A stretch of DNA of 64,000 nucleotides from Kangiellaceae bacterium (GCA_041589565.1 JBFHVL010000001.1:38364-102363), one strand, 5' to 3'; positions 1 to 14,592 are shown, numbered from the stretch's first letter. A program made the numbers and translations. Notes: generated by a model not told the origin, from the letters alone.

Positions 1-4
1 TGAG

Positions 5-1703
<1,699 letters not shown>

Positions 1704-1742
1704 ATGCCCTTCTTATTGTGGTCCTGTTTACCTGATGGCAAA

Positions 1743-3059
1743 TTATTCTGCTGCTTTGTTTAATTCGGCTAATCGCGCTAACTTGTCTTTGATCTGAATT
1801 TCAAGACCGCGCTCGACTGGGCGATAAAACTGGATAGGCGTCATATTATCAGGCCAATAGCTCTGGCCTGCTGAAAAAGCTCCGGGTTCATCATGCGAGT
1901 AGCGATATTCGTTGCCATGCCCAAGTTGTTTCATTAATTTAGTCGGCGCATTTCTTAAATGAATAGGTACATCGTGCCCGGGATCTTCGGCAACGGTAGC
2001 TTTAGCTTCGCCATAAGCCTTGTAGACAGCATTACTTTTCGCAGCAGAGGCGATAAAACAAATCGCTTGAGCAACTGCTAATTCACCTTCTGGAGAGCCA
2101 AGTCGCTCCTGAACCTGCCACGCATCCAAGGCTATACTCATTGCTCTAGGATCGGCATTACCTACTTCTTCAGAGGCCATGCGCACTACCCTACGAGCAA
2201 TGTATAAAGGATCGCATCCACCATCAATCATTCGACAGAACCAATACAACGCAGCGTCTGGGTCCGAACCGCGAACAGCTTTATGCAATGCCGATATTTG
2301 GTCATAAAAAAAATCACCCGATTTATCAAAGCGCCGAATTTGCTCTCCGACGACTTCTTTAATATGTCCAATTTCAATTTGAGCATTGGCTTCACCAGTA
2401 ACGAAGTCTGTCGCAATCTCAAGAAAGTTTAATAAACGACGCGAATCACCAGAGCTTGCATTAACTAAAAGCTCTGCTGCTTCATTGGAAATAGTCAGCT
2501 GCAGATCACCAAGCCCACGTGTTTTATCGATTAATGCAAGGTGAAGCAGTTGTTCGAGCTCGTGGTTTTGTAGCACACTCAAACGATACACTCTTGCTCG
2601 CGACAAAAGTGCGTTGTTTAGCTCAAAAGACGGATTTTCGGTGGTTGCTCCTATAAACAAAAATGTACCGTTTTCGACGTAAGGTAAAAAAGCATCCTGT
2701 TGAGATTTATTAAACCGATGCACCTCATCAACGAATAGAATAGTTTTACGACCACTCACTTGCACCTGCTGCGCTTGTTCTACGGCCGCACGTATTTCTT
2801 TAACACCACTCATGATGGCAGAAATGGAAATAAAGTGACTTTGGGTTTCGTTGGCAACTAATCGCGCTAGAGAGGTTTTACCTACGCCGGGAGGTCCCCA
2901 CAAAACCATTGAGTGCAGCTGATCATTTTCTATCGCTTTACGTAATGGTTTACCTGCCCCAAGCAAATGCTCCTGCCCGACATATTCCGATAACCGCGCC
3001 GGACGCATTCGATCAGCCAGTGGTCGATAGGGCTGCTCCACTTCAAATAGATCAGTCAT
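1743..3059 (-). CDS. rarA: Replication-associated recombination protein A (MgsA/RarA AAA+ ATPase)
   Basis: Walker A GPPGVGKTSLA, Walker B FVDEVHRFNK, and a conserved MgsA C-terminal domain (DPDAALYW, HLRNAPT). Confidence 0.92.
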   Translation of the reverse strand: MTDLFEVEQPYRPLADRMRPARLSEYVGQEHLLGAGKPLRKAIENDQLHSMVLWGPPGVGKTSLARLVANETQSHFISISAIMSGVKEIRAAVEQAQQVQVSGRKTILFVDEVHRFNKSQQDAFLPYVENGTFLFIGATTENPSFELNNALLSRARVYRLSVLQNHELEQLLHLALIDKTRGLGDLQLTISNEAAELLVNASSGDSRRLLNFLEIATDFVTGEANAQIEIGHIKEVVGEQIRRFDKSGDFFYDQISALHKAVRGSDPDAALYWFCRMIDGGCDPLYIARRVVRMASEEVGNADPRAMSIALDAWQVQERLGSPEGELAVAQAICFIASAAKSNAVYKAYGEAKATVAEDPGHDVPIHLRNAPTKLMKQLGHGNEYRYSHDEPGAFSAGQSYWPDNMTPIQFYRPVERGLEIQIKDKLARLAELNKAAE

Positions 3060-3073
3060 GCAGCGTCTCGAAT

Positions 3074-3748
3074 TTACGGAAGGTTAGGGTCTTCAATTAC
3101 CCGCGAGTCAACCACATCGACTCCGTCTGGGATCTCAAACTCAAAAGTAGCTGGCTCAATCGGTTGATTAACTTCAACACCGGAAAAATCCACTATAGTT
3201 TTCTGGCCTAGCGTGTCCATAAGCAAGATTTCTCTTAGCAAACCGTCTTTAAACAGAACCATCATTCGCTCAAAAGGATATCCGGCTTCTTTCGGTTTTA
3301 GTTCGAAAGTTTTCGACTTGCTCTCACCCGTTTCCAGTTTATTCACATCAAAACTCTTTCCCAAGGTTTGCGCGTCTGCACCCAATAGAAAAACAGGTGT
3401 GTTACCCATAGCTTTATTTAGGTTTTGAATATTAACCTGATCGAGATCCATATCAAAAGTCCAGAGATATTGGCCATCCGAAACAATTTTTTGTTCAAAC
3501 GGCGATTGAGTAAACCAGACAAATTTATATGGTTTTTGTATCACGAACTCACCTTCGGACTGATCTTTAAGATTATCAAACTGATCTTTTATTTTTTGCT
3601 TAAAGTTGGCTCGATAATTTTTAATTTTCGTCGTTTCATCGACTAGCTCATCGAGAGCATCATTAGAGGCAATCGCAAAAGAATGCGCTGACACTAAAAC
3701 ACATGCCAACAAAACATTTAGAACGATATTTAGCTTTTTAAACATCAA
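3074..3748 (-). CDS. lolA: Outer-membrane lipoprotein carrier protein LolA
   Basis: 224 aa with an N-terminal signal peptide. Size and position between ftsK and rarA match lolA. Confidence 0.85.
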   Translation of the reverse strand: MMFKKLNIVLNVLLACVLVSAHSFAIASNDALDELVDETTKIKNYRANFKQKIKDQFDNLKDQSEGEFVIQKPYKFVWFTQSPFEQKIVSDGQYLWTFDMDLDQVNIQNLNKAMGNTPVFLLGADAQTLGKSFDVNKLETGESKSKTFELKPKEAGYPFERMMVLFKDGLLREILLMDTLGQKTIVDFSGVEVNQPIEPATFEFEIPDGVDVVDSRVIEDPNLP

Positions 3749-3772
3749 ATAACCTGCATTTAAAGTAATAAC

Positions 3773-6091
3773 TTAGTTTTTAGGTGGTGGTGGCGCTAAC
3801 ACTTCACGCATGCCATTGGATTGCATTTCGCTCACTACACCCGCAGCTTCCATCTCTTCAATCATGCGTGCCGCACGGTTATAACCTATTTTTAATCGGC
3901 GCTGAATGCCCGAAATAGACGCTCTGCGACTCTCAGTAACTATGGCCACAGCCTGATCATAAAGTTCATCACGCTCTGCACTTGCTTCTTCCTCGCTACC
4001 TTTAGGGATACCCATCATTTCGGTTTCTGATACACCATGAGTTATGGCTTCTTCAAACTCGGGTTCACCTCTCTTTTGCCAGTCTGCAACAACGCGATGC
4101 ACTTCGTCATCATCAACGAAAGCACCATGCACACGGGTCGGTATATTTTTCCCGGCAGGCAGGTAAAGCATATCACCCTGCCCTAACAGATGCTCCGCTC
4201 CCATTTGATCGAGAATAGTTCGAGAGTCGATTCGTGAAGAAACTTGAAACGCGATCCGTGAAGGCACGTTAGCTTTAATTAAACCAGTAATTACATCAAC
4301 CGAAGGACGCTGAGTAGCCAAAATCAAATGAATGCCTGCTGCACGAGCTTTCTGTGCAATACGGGCAATTAACTCTTCAACTTTTTTTCCAACAATCATC
4401 ATCATATCGGCTAATTCGTCAATTACGATGACAATTTGTGGCAATGTTTTAAGCTCTGGCGCTTCGTCACTCATATCGTCGGTATCGGTCCATAAAGGAT
4501 CGCGAATCGGTTCTCCGGCTTTAATCGCGTCTTTAATCTTACGATTAAATCCAGCAAGGTTTCGCACGCCCAGTGCAGCCATTAAGCGATAACGCCGCTC
4601 CATTTCTGCAACGCTCCAGCGTAGTGCGTTGGCAGACTCTTTTACGTCGGTTACCACAGGCGCTAGCAGATGCGGTATGCCGTCATATACTGACAGCTCA
4701 AGCATTTTTGGATCAATCATGATAAACCGGACATCTTCAGGTGAAGATTTATATAAAATACTGACCAGCATGGCATTTAATCCAACCGACTTTCCCGAAC
4801 CGGTTGTACCGGCCACAAGCAAGTGAGGCATTTTGGCTAGATCAATCACCACAGGATTGCCGGATATATCTTTTCCAAGAGCCATACTGAGCTTGGACTT
4901 GGAGTTATCAAATTCTCTCGAGCCAACCACTTCTTTTAGTCGAACTATTTCGCGGTGTTCATTCGGAAGTTCAAGTCCGATGTAAGGTTTACCCGGGATA
5001 ACATCGACAACCCTTACACTTACCGTAGACAATGCCCGCGCTAAATCTTTTGAAAGCCCGGTAATTTTGCTGACCTTCACGCCAGGCGCAAGATCTAGTT
5101 CATAACGCGTAATCACCGGACCGGGATGAACAGCAACAACTTCTGCCTGAATGTTAAAATCGGCTAGTTTCTTTTCTACAAGCCGCGACATGGCTTCCAA
5201 AGACTCTTGTGAAATAGGGTGTTTGTGCGGTTTGGGTTCATCGAGCAAATTCATTGGAGGAAGCTCTCCAACAACGGGCTCATCGAAGAGTTTTTGTTGT
5301 TTTTCTTTTACAACCCGTTCGCTTGGCTCAATTTTATTGACTACGGGTTCAATGCGTATCGGTTTTCGGGTTTCGCGTTTTTCATTTTCGGCAGCTATCG
5401 CAACTTTGCGCGATTCTTTTTTCTCTTCATACTGTTTTCGTTCATTACGCTTTTCTTTCACTTCACTCCAGCGTTGACCAATCCAATCAAGTCCGCGTAA
5501 TACACCCGCACCAATTTGATCCATCAGGTGAAACCACGATAAACCCGTGAACAAAGTGAAACCGGTAAGAAATAAAGCCAGCAGAATGAGCGTTGTTCCT
5601 AATGCATTAAATGCGGCTATCAAGGAATCGCCAATCAATTGACCAAATACCCCACCAGAGGTGTAACTGGGTTGAATCAACGGGTCCTCAAAATTCAAAC
5701 TGGCAATTGCCGTTCCAGCAAGCAGAGTGAGAAAAAAACCGATAGAGCGTAAAGCCCAATAACGCCAGTCGTGTTGTACAATTAATTTTCTTTCTCTAAA
5801 GATCAGGTAAGCCAAGTAAACGATCATAAAAGGAAAAACGTAAGCCAAATATCCAAACAGCTGCAGAAATACATCAGCCAACCAAGCCCCTGCTCTACCT
5901 GCCGCGTTCTGAACACGTTCGCCACTGCCCGTAAAGGTCCAGCCTGGATCTTGATGATGATAGGTGGCTAGCGCTAACAATAGGAATAGCGCTAACGCTC
6001 CGAGGCATATCACAACGCCTTCACGCAGTCGCCAACTTAAGTTTGCAGCAGTATCGGTCATAGCTGTTTGTTCTGAATTATTTTTAGCCAA
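3773..6091 (-). CDS. ftsK: DNA translocase FtsK
   Basis: N-terminal TM helices, a charged linker, a motor domain with Walker [10 protein letters not shown], and a C-terminal gamma winged-helix ([24 protein letters not shown]). Confidence 0.93.
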   Translation of the reverse strand: MAKNNSEQTAMTDTAANLSWRLREGVVICLGALALFLLLALATYHHQDPGWTFTGSGERVQNAAGRAGAWLADVFLQLFGYLAYVFPFMIVYLAYLIFRERKLIVQHDWRYWALRSIGFFLTLLAGTAIASLNFEDPLIQPSYTSGGVFGQLIGDSLIAAFNALGTTLILLALFLTGFTLFTGLSWFHLMDQIGAGVLRGLDWIGQRWSEVKEKRNERKQYEEKKESRKVAIAAENEKRETRKPIRIEPVVNKIEPSERVVKEKQQKLFDEPVVGELPPMNLLDEPKPHKHPISQESLEAMSRLVEKKLADFNIQAEVVAVHPGPVITRYELDLAPGVKVSKITGLSKDLARALSTVSVRVVDVIPGKPYIGLELPNEHREIVRLKEVVGSREFDNSKSKLSMALGKDISGNPVVIDLAKMPHLLVAGTTGSGKSVGLNAMLVSILYKSSPEDVRFIMIDPKMLELSVYDGIPHLLAPVVTDVKESANALRWSVAEMERRYRLMAALGVRNLAGFNRKIKDAIKAGEPIRDPLWTDTDDMSDEAPELKTLPQIVIVIDELADMMMIVGKKVEELIARIAQKARAAGIHLILATQRPSVDVITGLIKANVPSRIAFQVSSRIDSRTILDQMGAEHLLGQGDMLYLPAGKNIPTRVHGAFVDDDEVHRVVADWQKRGEPEFEEAITHGVSETEMMGIPKGSEEEASAERDELYDQAVAIVTESRRASISGIQRRLKIGYNRAARMIEEMEAAGVVSEMQSNGMREVLAPPPPKN

Positions 6092-6286
6092 TCCTGTAAC
6101 CTGTAATTATCAGTAAAACCTTGACAAGAATGTGAATAGATTATGAACAATTAAGTGCCAAGTGCCTGTCGCTTGTTTAAAACACAATCAAAGCCCCTAT
6201 GATATCATGGAACGCGAGCTCCTAAAGCACACAAAAGCATTCTCCATTAATTCGATGAAAGCCACTTCGCAGCCACTCCTGTTGAA

Positions 6287-6763
6287 TTAGGCAATATAAA
6301 TTTCAGAAGATTCCTTTACTTCTTCCATCACCACATAGGTTCGGGACTCACTTACTCCCGGTAGAGTCAGCAAGGTTTCTCCCAGCAACGTACGATAAGC
6401 TAGCATATTTTCGACACGCGCTTTTACCAGGTAGTCAAAGTCGCCCGACACCAGATGGCATTCCAGCACTTCATGCAGGTCTTTGACTGCCTGCTTAAAC
6501 TCGTTGAATACATCCGGGGACGTTTTCTCCAAAGTGATTTCGACGAATACCAGCAGCCCGTAACCAAGCTTTTGGGGGTTAACTTTCGCCTGATACCCCA
6601 AAATATAGCCTTCGTTCTCAAGTCGTCGTACACGCTCCAGACAAGGCGTTGCACTCAAGCCAACTCTTTTGGCCAATTCTACATTGGCAATACGCCCGTC
6701 TTTTTGAAGCTCTCGTAAGATGGCTTTGTCTATTCTGTCGAGGATTCGTCCTTTGGATGACAT
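6287..6763 (-). CDS. lrp: Leucine-responsive regulatory protein (AsnC/Lrp family)
   Basis: 158 aa with an HTH (ILRELQKDGRIANVELAKRVGLSATPCLERVRRLE) and a RAM domain. It is divergent from ald. Confidence 0.9.
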   Translation of the reverse strand: MSSKGRILDRIDKAILRELQKDGRIANVELAKRVGLSATPCLERVRRLENEGYILGYQAKVNPQKLGYGLLVFVEITLEKTSPDVFNEFKQAVKDLHEVLECHLVSGDFDYLVKARVENMLAYRTLLGETLLTLPGVSESRTYVVMEEVKESSEIYIA

Positions 6764-6901
6764 ATTTGCAGTATATTTCTCTATTAATTACTTATTAACA
6801 GTCATTTTATCTTCTTGAGTCGCAAAATAAAGTGAAATATTTTAATAAAACACGACTATACTTGCGCCAACACAAAACAAGGCCTTTTTCGGAGAAAAAC
6901 A

Positions 6902-8020
6902 ATGCTGATTGGTGTACCAAAAGAGATCAAAAACCATGAGTATCGCGTTGGCATGGTGCCTGCGAGCGTGCGAGAGCTGATAGCTCATGGCCACAAGGTC
7001 ATCGTTGAACATAATGCAGGCATCGGGATTGGATTCACCGATGCAGACTACCGGGCTGTCGGCGCAGAGATACGTGAAACTCCTGATGAAATTTTTGCCG
7101 AAGCCGAGATGATTGTTAAAGTTAAAGAGCCACTTGCAGAAGAACGCGCCCGCATTCGCGATGGTCAAATTTTGTTCACATATCTGCATTTAGCACCTGA
7201 TGTACCCCAAACCCAGGATCTTATTAAAAGTGGCGCGGTTTGTATCGCCTACGAAACCGTGACTTCACCAACCGGCGGCCTCCCTCTATTGGCCCCTATG
7301 TCTGAAGTTGCCGGCCGTATGTCAATTCAAGCAGGTGCTCAATGCCTTGAAAAATCACGTCAGGGACGTGGAATGCTATTGGGCGGTGTTCCTGGCGTTT
7401 CACCAGCCAAAGTCGTCATCATTGGTGGTGGTGTCGTTGGTAGTAATGCAGCTCAAATCGCTGTCGGTATGGGCGCTCATGTAGTTCTACTCGATCGTAA
7501 CATTGATGTTTTACGCCGCGTTAACGTCCAATTTGGCTCCGCTGTCGAGACCGTATTCTCCAGTAAAGATGCGCTTGAACGTCATGTTCTCGACGCCGAC
7601 CTGGTGATTGGAGGCGTATTAATTCCTGGAGCATCAGCGCCTAAACTGGTTACCGAAGAAATGGTTCACCAGATGAAGCCTGGTGCAGCTGTCGTCGACG
7701 TGGCAATCGACCAGGGTGGTTGTTTCGCCACATCCAAAGCAACGACACACGCAGAGCCGACTTACATTATTGATGATGTCGTTCACTACTGTGTTGCTAA
7801 TATGCCGGGGGCGGTTCCACACACTTCAACATTTGCGCTCAATAATGCCACTCTGCCTTATATTATTGCCTTGGCAAATAAAGGCTATAAAAAGGCCCTC
7901 GCTGATGATATGCATCTACTAAATGGTCTTAATGTTTACCGAGGCAAAATTACGCATCGAAGTGTTGCAGAAAGCCAAAACCTCGAGTTTGTCGACCCCA
8001 AGGTTGCCATTGGACTTTAA
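6902..8020 (+). CDS. ald: Alanine dehydrogenase
   Basis: MLIGVPKEIKNHEYRVG N-terminus and an NAD-binding VVIIGGGVVGSNAA, 372 aa. Confidence 0.92.
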   Translation: MLIGVPKEIKNHEYRVGMVPASVRELIAHGHKVIVEHNAGIGIGFTDADYRAVGAEIRETPDEIFAEAEMIVKVKEPLAEERARIRDGQILFTYLHLAPDVPQTQDLIKSGAVCIAYETVTSPTGGLPLLAPMSEVAGRMSIQAGAQCLEKSRQGRGMLLGGVPGVSPAKVVIIGGGVVGSNAAQIAVGMGAHVVLLDRNIDVLRRVNVQFGSAVETVFSSKDALERHVLDADLVIGGVLIPGASAPKLVTEEMVHQMKPGAAVVDVAIDQGGCFATSKATTHAEPTYIIDDVVHYCVANMPGAVPHTSTFALNNATLPYIIALANKGYKKALADDMHLLNGLNVYRGKITHRSVAESQNLEFVDPKVAIGL

Positions 8021-8030
8021 ACTCTGCTTA

Positions 8031-8058
8031 AAAAGCCACCGTAAGGTGGCTTTTTTTT
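8031..8058 (+). terminator. Rho-independent terminator after ald
   Basis: Hairpin aaaagccacc-gtaa-ggtggctttt followed by a T8 run. Confidence 0.65.
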
Positions 8059-8222
8059 ATAGTCAGTTCTCCGTCGCTATCCCTTTCAGCTACCCTACCT
8101 ATCGGTCTAATTTCAGTGATATAAAAAATTCATTACAGAAATCGTTCGATTGGCGTTGTTAGCCCGTGCTTAACTTATTACACTTAGCGCCAAACTTTCT
8201 ATATTGCAGTTGGAGCAGATAA

Positions 8223-9182
<960 letters not shown>

Positions 9183-9195
9183 TCTAAGTCAGTTC

Positions 9196-9225
9196 AAAAA
9201 CACCGCATTTAAGCGGTGTTTTTTT
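9196..9225. terminator. Bidirectional terminator between convergent trxB and the PilZ gene
   Basis: aaaaacaccgc-atttaa-gcggtgttttt hairpin flanked by A and T runs. Confidence 0.6.
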
Positions 9226-9229
9226 ATAA

Positions 9230-9919
9230 TTAAAGCAAATGTAATGAACGCAAAATTTCTTGATAGACATACGCTTTTAACAATAAGCGATCTTCATCTT
9301 CGGCAAACTCGAAGTGAAAACCATACCAGTTAATTTCGCCCTGCTCAGTCTGGGTGCGTCCCTTGTTTCGAATCACTCCATCCAGTGTCACGACTTTTTC
9401 GATATCGTCAAGATCAAGAGACATAGTTAGCGATATTTTATCGCCAATTAATGCTAACTTTCGCTCGCATTCAAAACGACCACCAAGAACACTCAAATTT
9501 GTCAGGGTTACTTTTATCGGATTTGACTTGTGAGTTTCATTAACAGTTGTGGCAAAAATTTCTGTACTTACCCTTACTGCGTTACGAACCTCTACCGCCT
9601 CAACACTTTGTGGCATTTCAAGATGAATATATGGCATAGGCCGAGTACGCATTGTGAGTACTCGAGCAGAAAATCCGCTGGCTACATGATTCACGACAAA
9701 TCTTAAGGTAACCATTTGGTCTTCGCGCAAAAAGATGGGTTTGTTTTTTTGCTCGTAAGGAGCTGAAATCATCACACTGCAGTCAGGTAAAAATCCCAAC
9801 AACTTTACAGGATATCGGGAGTCTGATTCTGGCGATGTTTGTAATTGCATCACATCTCCCATTTTCAGCCCTAGATCAGAAAATCGCATCTCTTCGAAAG
9901 TCCCAGATTCTGTTACCAA
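9230..9919 (-). CDS. YcgR-like PilZ-domain protein (PilZN + PilZ)
   Basis: 229 aa. The C-terminal half carries c-di-GMP motifs RNAVR (RxxxR) and NLSVLGG (D/NxSxxG). The N-terminal beta-barrel region resembles YcgR_N. Confidence 0.7.
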   Translation of the reverse strand: MVTESGTFEEMRFSDLGLKMGDVMQLQTSPESDSRYPVKLLGFLPDCSVMISAPYEQKNKPIFLREDQMVTLRFVVNHVASGFSARVLTMRTRPMPYIHLEMPQSVEAVEVRNAVRVSTEIFATTVNETHKSNPIKVTLTNLSVLGGRFECERKLALIGDKISLTMSLDLDDIEKVVTLDGVIRNKGRTQTEQGEINWYGFHFEFAEDEDRLLLKAYVYQEILRSLHLL

Positions 9920-10059
9920 TTGCCCTGTGTAGAATGAAACCGCTGTTCAGGAGCACAAGCGTTGTAATGTATCATTGAGTAGTAAGTGTAGCTTCTTTTT
10001 TGCTCGATAATTAACAAAGCCATCAAAGACACCTACAATAAAACTAATGAAATAAACTG

Positions 10060-10782
10060 ATGATCATGACCATAGAACTTCCTTTCATACAAAAACCCGA
10101 AGACTTTCCACCCGTTTCAGAAGCGCTGGCTGATCCAAATGGTCTGCTTGGCTTTGGCGATATTTTATCCATAGACCTGCTTCTATCCGCCTACCGACGC
10201 GGAATCTTCCCCTGGTTTAATGAGGGGGAACCAGTGTTCTGGTGGAGTCCAAATCCTAGAGCGGCATTTTATCCAGACAAAACCTCACCTTCCAGATCAT
10301 TAATAAAAAGGTTAAGAAAAAGGAATTATCAGGTCACCATCAACCAGTCGTTTCATCAAGTCATCGCTCAATGCGCACAACGCTTTGTTAATCGTCCTGA
10401 AACCTGGATCACGCGAGAAATGCAAATCGCGTACGGGCAGTTACATGAAGCTGGATACGCTCACTCGGTCGAAGTTTGGTCTGATGAACAGCTAGTTGGG
10501 GGCTTATATGGTGTGAGTATGGGGCAACTGTTTTTTGGCGAATCTATGTTCCACCGGTCGACGGATGCTTCTAAGATTGCCCTGTTTTACCTGCTTGAAC
10601 ATTGCAAATCGGCTAACTTCCCTCTTATTGACTGCCAGCTACCCAATCCTCACCTGATGAGTCTCGGCGCAAAACAGGTTTCACGAGAGGATTTTCTGAG
10701 CTATCTTTATAATTATCGAGATAAAGACGTTCACCCGGATTTTTGGCGAACCCGAGTGATATCTGATCAATACCGGTTTTAA
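10060..10782 (+). CDS. aat: Leucyl/phenylalanyl-tRNA--protein transferase
   Basis: Conserved GLLGFGD, GIFPWF and WWSP motifs. It sits in the aat-infA-clpA-clpS synteny. Confidence 0.9.
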   Translation: MIMTIELPFIQKPEDFPPVSEALADPNGLLGFGDILSIDLLLSAYRRGIFPWFNEGEPVFWWSPNPRAAFYPDKTSPSRSLIKRLRKRNYQVTINQSFHQVIAQCAQRFVNRPETWITREMQIAYGQLHEAGYAHSVEVWSDEQLVGGLYGVSMGQLFFGESMFHRSTDASKIALFYLLEHCKSANFPLIDCQLPNPHLMSLGAKQVSREDFLSYLYNYRDKDVHPDFWRTRVISDQYRF

Positions 10783-10794
10783 AAGGATACGGCA

Positions 10795-11517
10795 GTGATA
10801 CAAGATCCTCATGATGAGCTGTTAAAACTGACCTTTTATGCAACACCAGCGCACAGCTGTTCCTATATTGAGAAGCAGCAGGCGACAACGGTATTCTTGG
10901 ATCCGGAAAAAATAATTAATCGAAAACTCTACACACGGTTAAGTGAAACAGGTTTTCGGCGCAGCGGAATGCACATCTACCGCCCTCATTGCGAAACCTG
11001 TCAGGCCTGCGTTCCTGTTCGTGTGCCAGTAGAGCAATTCTCTCCCAATAAAAATCAACGACGTTGCCTGAAAAAAGGTGAAGGGTTTAACTATCGCATG
11101 GAGCCTGCTCGGTATATTCCGGAACACTATCTGCTTTATGAACGTTACTTACACCAGCGCCATGCCGATGGTGATATGTATCCACCTTCAGAACAGCAAT
11201 ACCGAGAGTTCTTATTTAGCGACTGGGCCAATACACAGTTCTTGTCATTTTATGATAAAGACAAACTCATCGCTTGCTCGGTAATCGATCGATTGGAAAA
11301 TGCTCTATCGGCTGTTTACACCTACTTCGACCCTGATTATGAAAAATACAGTCCAGGACGATTAGCGATACTCACGCTAATTAAGGAAGCCCAATCGCTC
11401 GACCTGGATTTTGTCTATTTAGGATACCTGGTTAAAGATTGTCGCAAAATGAAATACAAGTCCGAGTATCGCCCCCTTGATTGCCTTATCGGTAACCGCT
11501 GGATTCGGCTAAATTAG
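10795..11517 (+). CDS. bpt: Arginyl-tRNA--protein transferase family (bacterial Bpt, Asp/Glu leucyltransferase)
   Basis: 240 aa with a CSY...FRRSG...YRP.C..C..C N-terminal ATE_N-like motif, located directly after aat. Confidence 0.87.
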   Translation: MIQDPHDELLKLTFYATPAHSCSYIEKQQATTVFLDPEKIINRKLYTRLSETGFRRSGMHIYRPHCETCQACVPVRVPVEQFSPNKNQRRCLKKGEGFNYRMEPARYIPEHYLLYERYLHQRHADGDMYPPSEQQYREFLFSDWANTQFLSFYDKDKLIACSVIDRLENALSAVYTYFDPDYEKYSPGRLAILTLIKEAQSLDLDFVYLGYLVKDCRKMKYKSEYRPLDCLIGNRWIRLN

Positions 11518-11660
11518 CCGCAAATACGCACAAAGTTGCACACGTTTTACTCACTTTCATGTAATGGTATACTTATTCGTCAAATAATTTTGATTATTTT
11601 GCTCTGTTGAGGCATCATTACGCGCTCAAATTATCCCGAAGTAACAAAGGCTTTTATTGA

Positions 11661-11879
<219 letters not shown>

Positions 11880-11897
11880 TCGAAAACTCCAAGAATT

Positions 11898-11934
11898 AAA
11901 AAAGCCTGAAAGTGTAAACTCTCAGGCTTTTTTC
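11898..11934. terminator. Bidirectional terminator between infA and clpA
   Basis: agcctga ... tcaggct stem flanked by A and T runs. Confidence 0.55.
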
Positions 11935-11959
11935 TTTGTTTAAATACAATTAATTTTGT

Positions 11960-14239
11960 TTAGGTGACGGCAAGTTCTTCTTTACCAATCACTTCAAACA
12001 ACAACTCATCGTTACCCTCTTCAAATGTTACTTTCACCTGACCGCCTGATGCCAGTCGACCAAATAAAAGTTCATCAGCTAGAGGCTTTTTCAATTTTTC
12101 CCGAATGGTTCGAGCCATTGGTCGGGCCCCCATATTAGGATCGTATCCTTTTTCACATAACCATTTACGCGCAGCTTGTGAAACTTCGAGGCTAACATGC
12201 TTGTCATCCAATTGTGTTTGCAGTTCAACGATAAATTTATCCACCACCGACAGCAGAACCTCTTCACTAAGCCCTTTAAACCAGACAATAGCATCCAGTC
12301 GATTACGAAACTCGGGAGTAAATGTACGATTAATGACTTCGATGTTATCGTTTTCTTTTTCGTTCTGTTGGAAACCTATAGAGGGTTTTATCAACTCTGC
12401 CGCACCGGCGTTAGTCGTCATAACCAGAATAACATTGCGAAAATCTGCTTTACGGCCATTGTTGTCTGTTAAGGTTCCATGATCCATAACCTGCAACAGC
12501 AAGTTGTAAACATCCGGATGCGCTTTTTCAATTTCGTCGAGCAACACCACGGCATGCGGATTTTTGCTGACGGCTTCTGTGAGCAGACCGCCCTGATCGT
12601 AACCTACATATCCGGGAGGTGCGCCGATTAAACGAGATACCGTATGGCGTTCCATGTATTCGGACATATCGAACCGAATCAGCTCAATGCCTAATTGCTT
12701 CGCTAGCTGCTTGGTCACCTCGGTTTTACCCACCCCGGTAGGTCCAGCAAATAAAAACGAGCCTACGGGCTTATCTTCGACACCCAGACCAGAACGGGCC
12801 AATTTGATGGCATCAGATAAGGTTTCTATGGCCTGATCCTGACCGAACACCACCATTTTCAAATTTCTAGCAAGATTCAGCAGTGAATCTTTATCAGAAG
12901 CAGAAACTGTTTTAGGTGGGACTTTTGCAATCTTAGCAACAATATTCTCGATATCGTGTACACCAATTAATTTTTTACGCTTGGAAGAAGGCTGCAAACG
13001 TTGATTGGCACCGGCCTCGTCTATTACGTCGATTGCTTTATCGGGTAAATGACGATCATTAATGTATCGAGCAGATAGTTCCGCAGCAGCTCTAATCGCA
13101 GGTGAAGAGTATTTTACATCGTGATGTTCTTCGTACCGCGACTTAAGACCTTGTAGAATTTTAATGGTTTCCTCGACACTGGGCTCATTAATATCAATTT
13201 TTTGGAAGCGGCGAGCTAATGCACGATCCTTTTCAAAAATACCTCGGTACTCCTGAAAAGTAGTAGAGCCCATACAGCGAAGCTCACCATTAGCTAATAG
13301 AGGCTTAATTAAATTAGACGCATCCATCACACCGCCCGATGCAGCACCGGCGCCGATGATAGTATGGATTTCGTCGATAAACAGAATGGCATGTTCTTGT
13401 TTCTTAAGATCGGCTAATAACGCCTTTAACCTCTTTTCAAAATCACCACGATATTTGGTACCGGCTAAAAGAGCTCCCAGATCGAGGGCGTAAACAACCG
13501 CGTTGCTAATCACTTCAGGAACTTCTTCATCAACAATTCGTTTTGCAAGGCCTTCGGCTATGGCGGTTTTACCGACACCTGCTTCACCAACAAATAAAGG
13601 ATTGTTCTTTCGTCGACGGCACAAAACCTGTACTGCACGCTCAAGTTCAAGACCGCGACCAACCAACGGATCGATTCGCCCTTCTTTCGCTAATACGTTT
13701 AGATTTGTCGCGTAAGACTCCAAGGGTGATTTACTGGCTGATTCCTGTCCAGTCTCTTCTTCAACCTCAGAAGCGTTGTTAGTTGATTCAATATCTTCTT
13801 CCCCAACCTTAGATATTCCATGAGAGATGTAGTTAACAATATCAAGACGAGTAATCTTTTGTTGCTGCAAGAAATATACAGCCTGACTTTCCTGCTCGCT
13901 AAAAATGGCCACCAGAACATTGGCACCTGTCACTTCCTTTTTACCCGATGACTGAACATGAAATACTGCTCGCTGCAAGACTCGCTGGAAACCAAGCGTT
14001 GGCTGAGTTTCACGCCCTTCATCGTGTTGTGGAATTAACGGCGTAGTTTCATCCACGAATTCGGTGAGCTGCTTTTTGAGCACCTCAATTTCGGCACCGC
14101 AGGCTTGTAACACGTTCGAAGCGATCATGTTGTCGAGCAATGCCAATAGCAAATGTTCGACGGTCATGAACTCATGACGCTTGTCTCGAGCTTGTTTAAA
14201 AGCCAGGTTTAACGTTAATTCCAGATCTTTACTCAGCAT
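11960..14239 (-). CDS. clpA: ATP-dependent Clp protease ATP-binding subunit ClpA
   Basis: 759 aa with a Clp_N domain and two AAA+ modules ([13 protein letters not shown] and [10 protein letters not shown]). Confidence 0.95.
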   Translation of the reverse strand: MLSKDLELTLNLAFKQARDKRHEFMTVEHLLLALLDNMIASNVLQACGAEIEVLKKQLTEFVDETTPLIPQHDEGRETQPTLGFQRVLQRAVFHVQSSGKKEVTGANVLVAIFSEQESQAVYFLQQQKITRLDIVNYISHGISKVGEEDIESTNNASEVEEETGQESASKSPLESYATNLNVLAKEGRIDPLVGRGLELERAVQVLCRRRKNNPLFVGEAGVGKTAIAEGLAKRIVDEEVPEVISNAVVYALDLGALLAGTKYRGDFEKRLKALLADLKKQEHAILFIDEIHTIIGAGAASGGVMDASNLIKPLLANGELRCMGSTTFQEYRGIFEKDRALARRFQKIDINEPSVEETIKILQGLKSRYEEHHDVKYSSPAIRAAAELSARYINDRHLPDKAIDVIDEAGANQRLQPSSKRKKLIGVHDIENIVAKIAKVPPKTVSASDKDSLLNLARNLKMVVFGQDQAIETLSDAIKLARSGLGVEDKPVGSFLFAGPTGVGKTEVTKQLAKQLGIELIRFDMSEYMERHTVSRLIGAPPGYVGYDQGGLLTEAVSKNPHAVVLLDEIEKAHPDVYNLLLQVMDHGTLTDNNGRKADFRNVILVMTTNAGAAELIKPSIGFQQNEKENDNIEVINRTFTPEFRNRLDAIVWFKGLSEEVLLSVVDKFIVELQTQLDDKHVSLEVSQAARKWLCEKGYDPNMGARPMARTIREKLKKPLADELLFGRLASGGQVKVTFEEGNDELLFEVIGKEELAVT

Positions 14240-14268
14240 AACTACACCTATTACCTACTGGACAAACC

Positions 14269-14592
14269 TTAGGCTTCCTCCATGATGCACAGCAGCGGAT
14301 GATGGTGCGCACGAGCATACTCGTTTACCTGCACCACTTTGGTTTCCGCTATCTCGCTTCGGTAGGTGCCACACACACCTTTACCTTCATAGTGAACCTG
14401 CAGCATAATTTTTGTGGCTTCTTCTGCGTGCTTGCCGAAAAACTTCATGATCACCTCGACCACAAAATCCATCGGCGAATAATCATCGTTAAGCAATACG
14501 ACATGGTACATGGGAGGCTGCTTAACTTCGGGTTTCGATTCTTCAACCGCTACCCCCTGATCGCCATCCCAATCATTTTCTTGCTGACTCAT
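14269..14592 (-). CDS. clpS: ClpS adaptor protein
   Basis: [27 protein letters not shown] core. The ORF extends to a GTG at 14619, but the ATG at 14592 gives a canonical length of about 107 aa. Confidence 0.9.
   Translation of the reverse strand: MSQQENDWDGDQGVAVEESKPEVKQPPMYHVVLLNDDYSPMDFVVEVIMKFFGKHAEEATKIMLQVHYEGKGVCGTYRSEIAETKVVQVNEYARAHHHPLLCIMEEA

Noticed and set aside
1704-1742. Possible fluoride riboswitch upstream of crcB.
   Set aside because: Only 39 nt separate the rarA stop from the crcB start. That is too short for the crcB motif, and I could not find its conserved elements. crcB is more likely co-transcribed with rarA.
4332-5500. Antisense or alternate-frame ORFs inside ftsK. 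Similar ones lie inside clpA (12091-13926), icd (15483-17086), acnB (25816-27783), gcdH (28921-29773), prpB/fumarase (33254-35455) and others.
   Set aside because: They have low-complexity or Ser/Arg/Cys-rich translations and no RBS. They are fully embedded opposite or within strongly conserved genes, which makes them typical shadow ORFs.
6842-7189. 115-aa ORF antisense to the 5' end of ald and the lrp-ald intergenic region.
   Set aside because: It overlaps the well-supported ald start and has no recognisable similarity or RBS.
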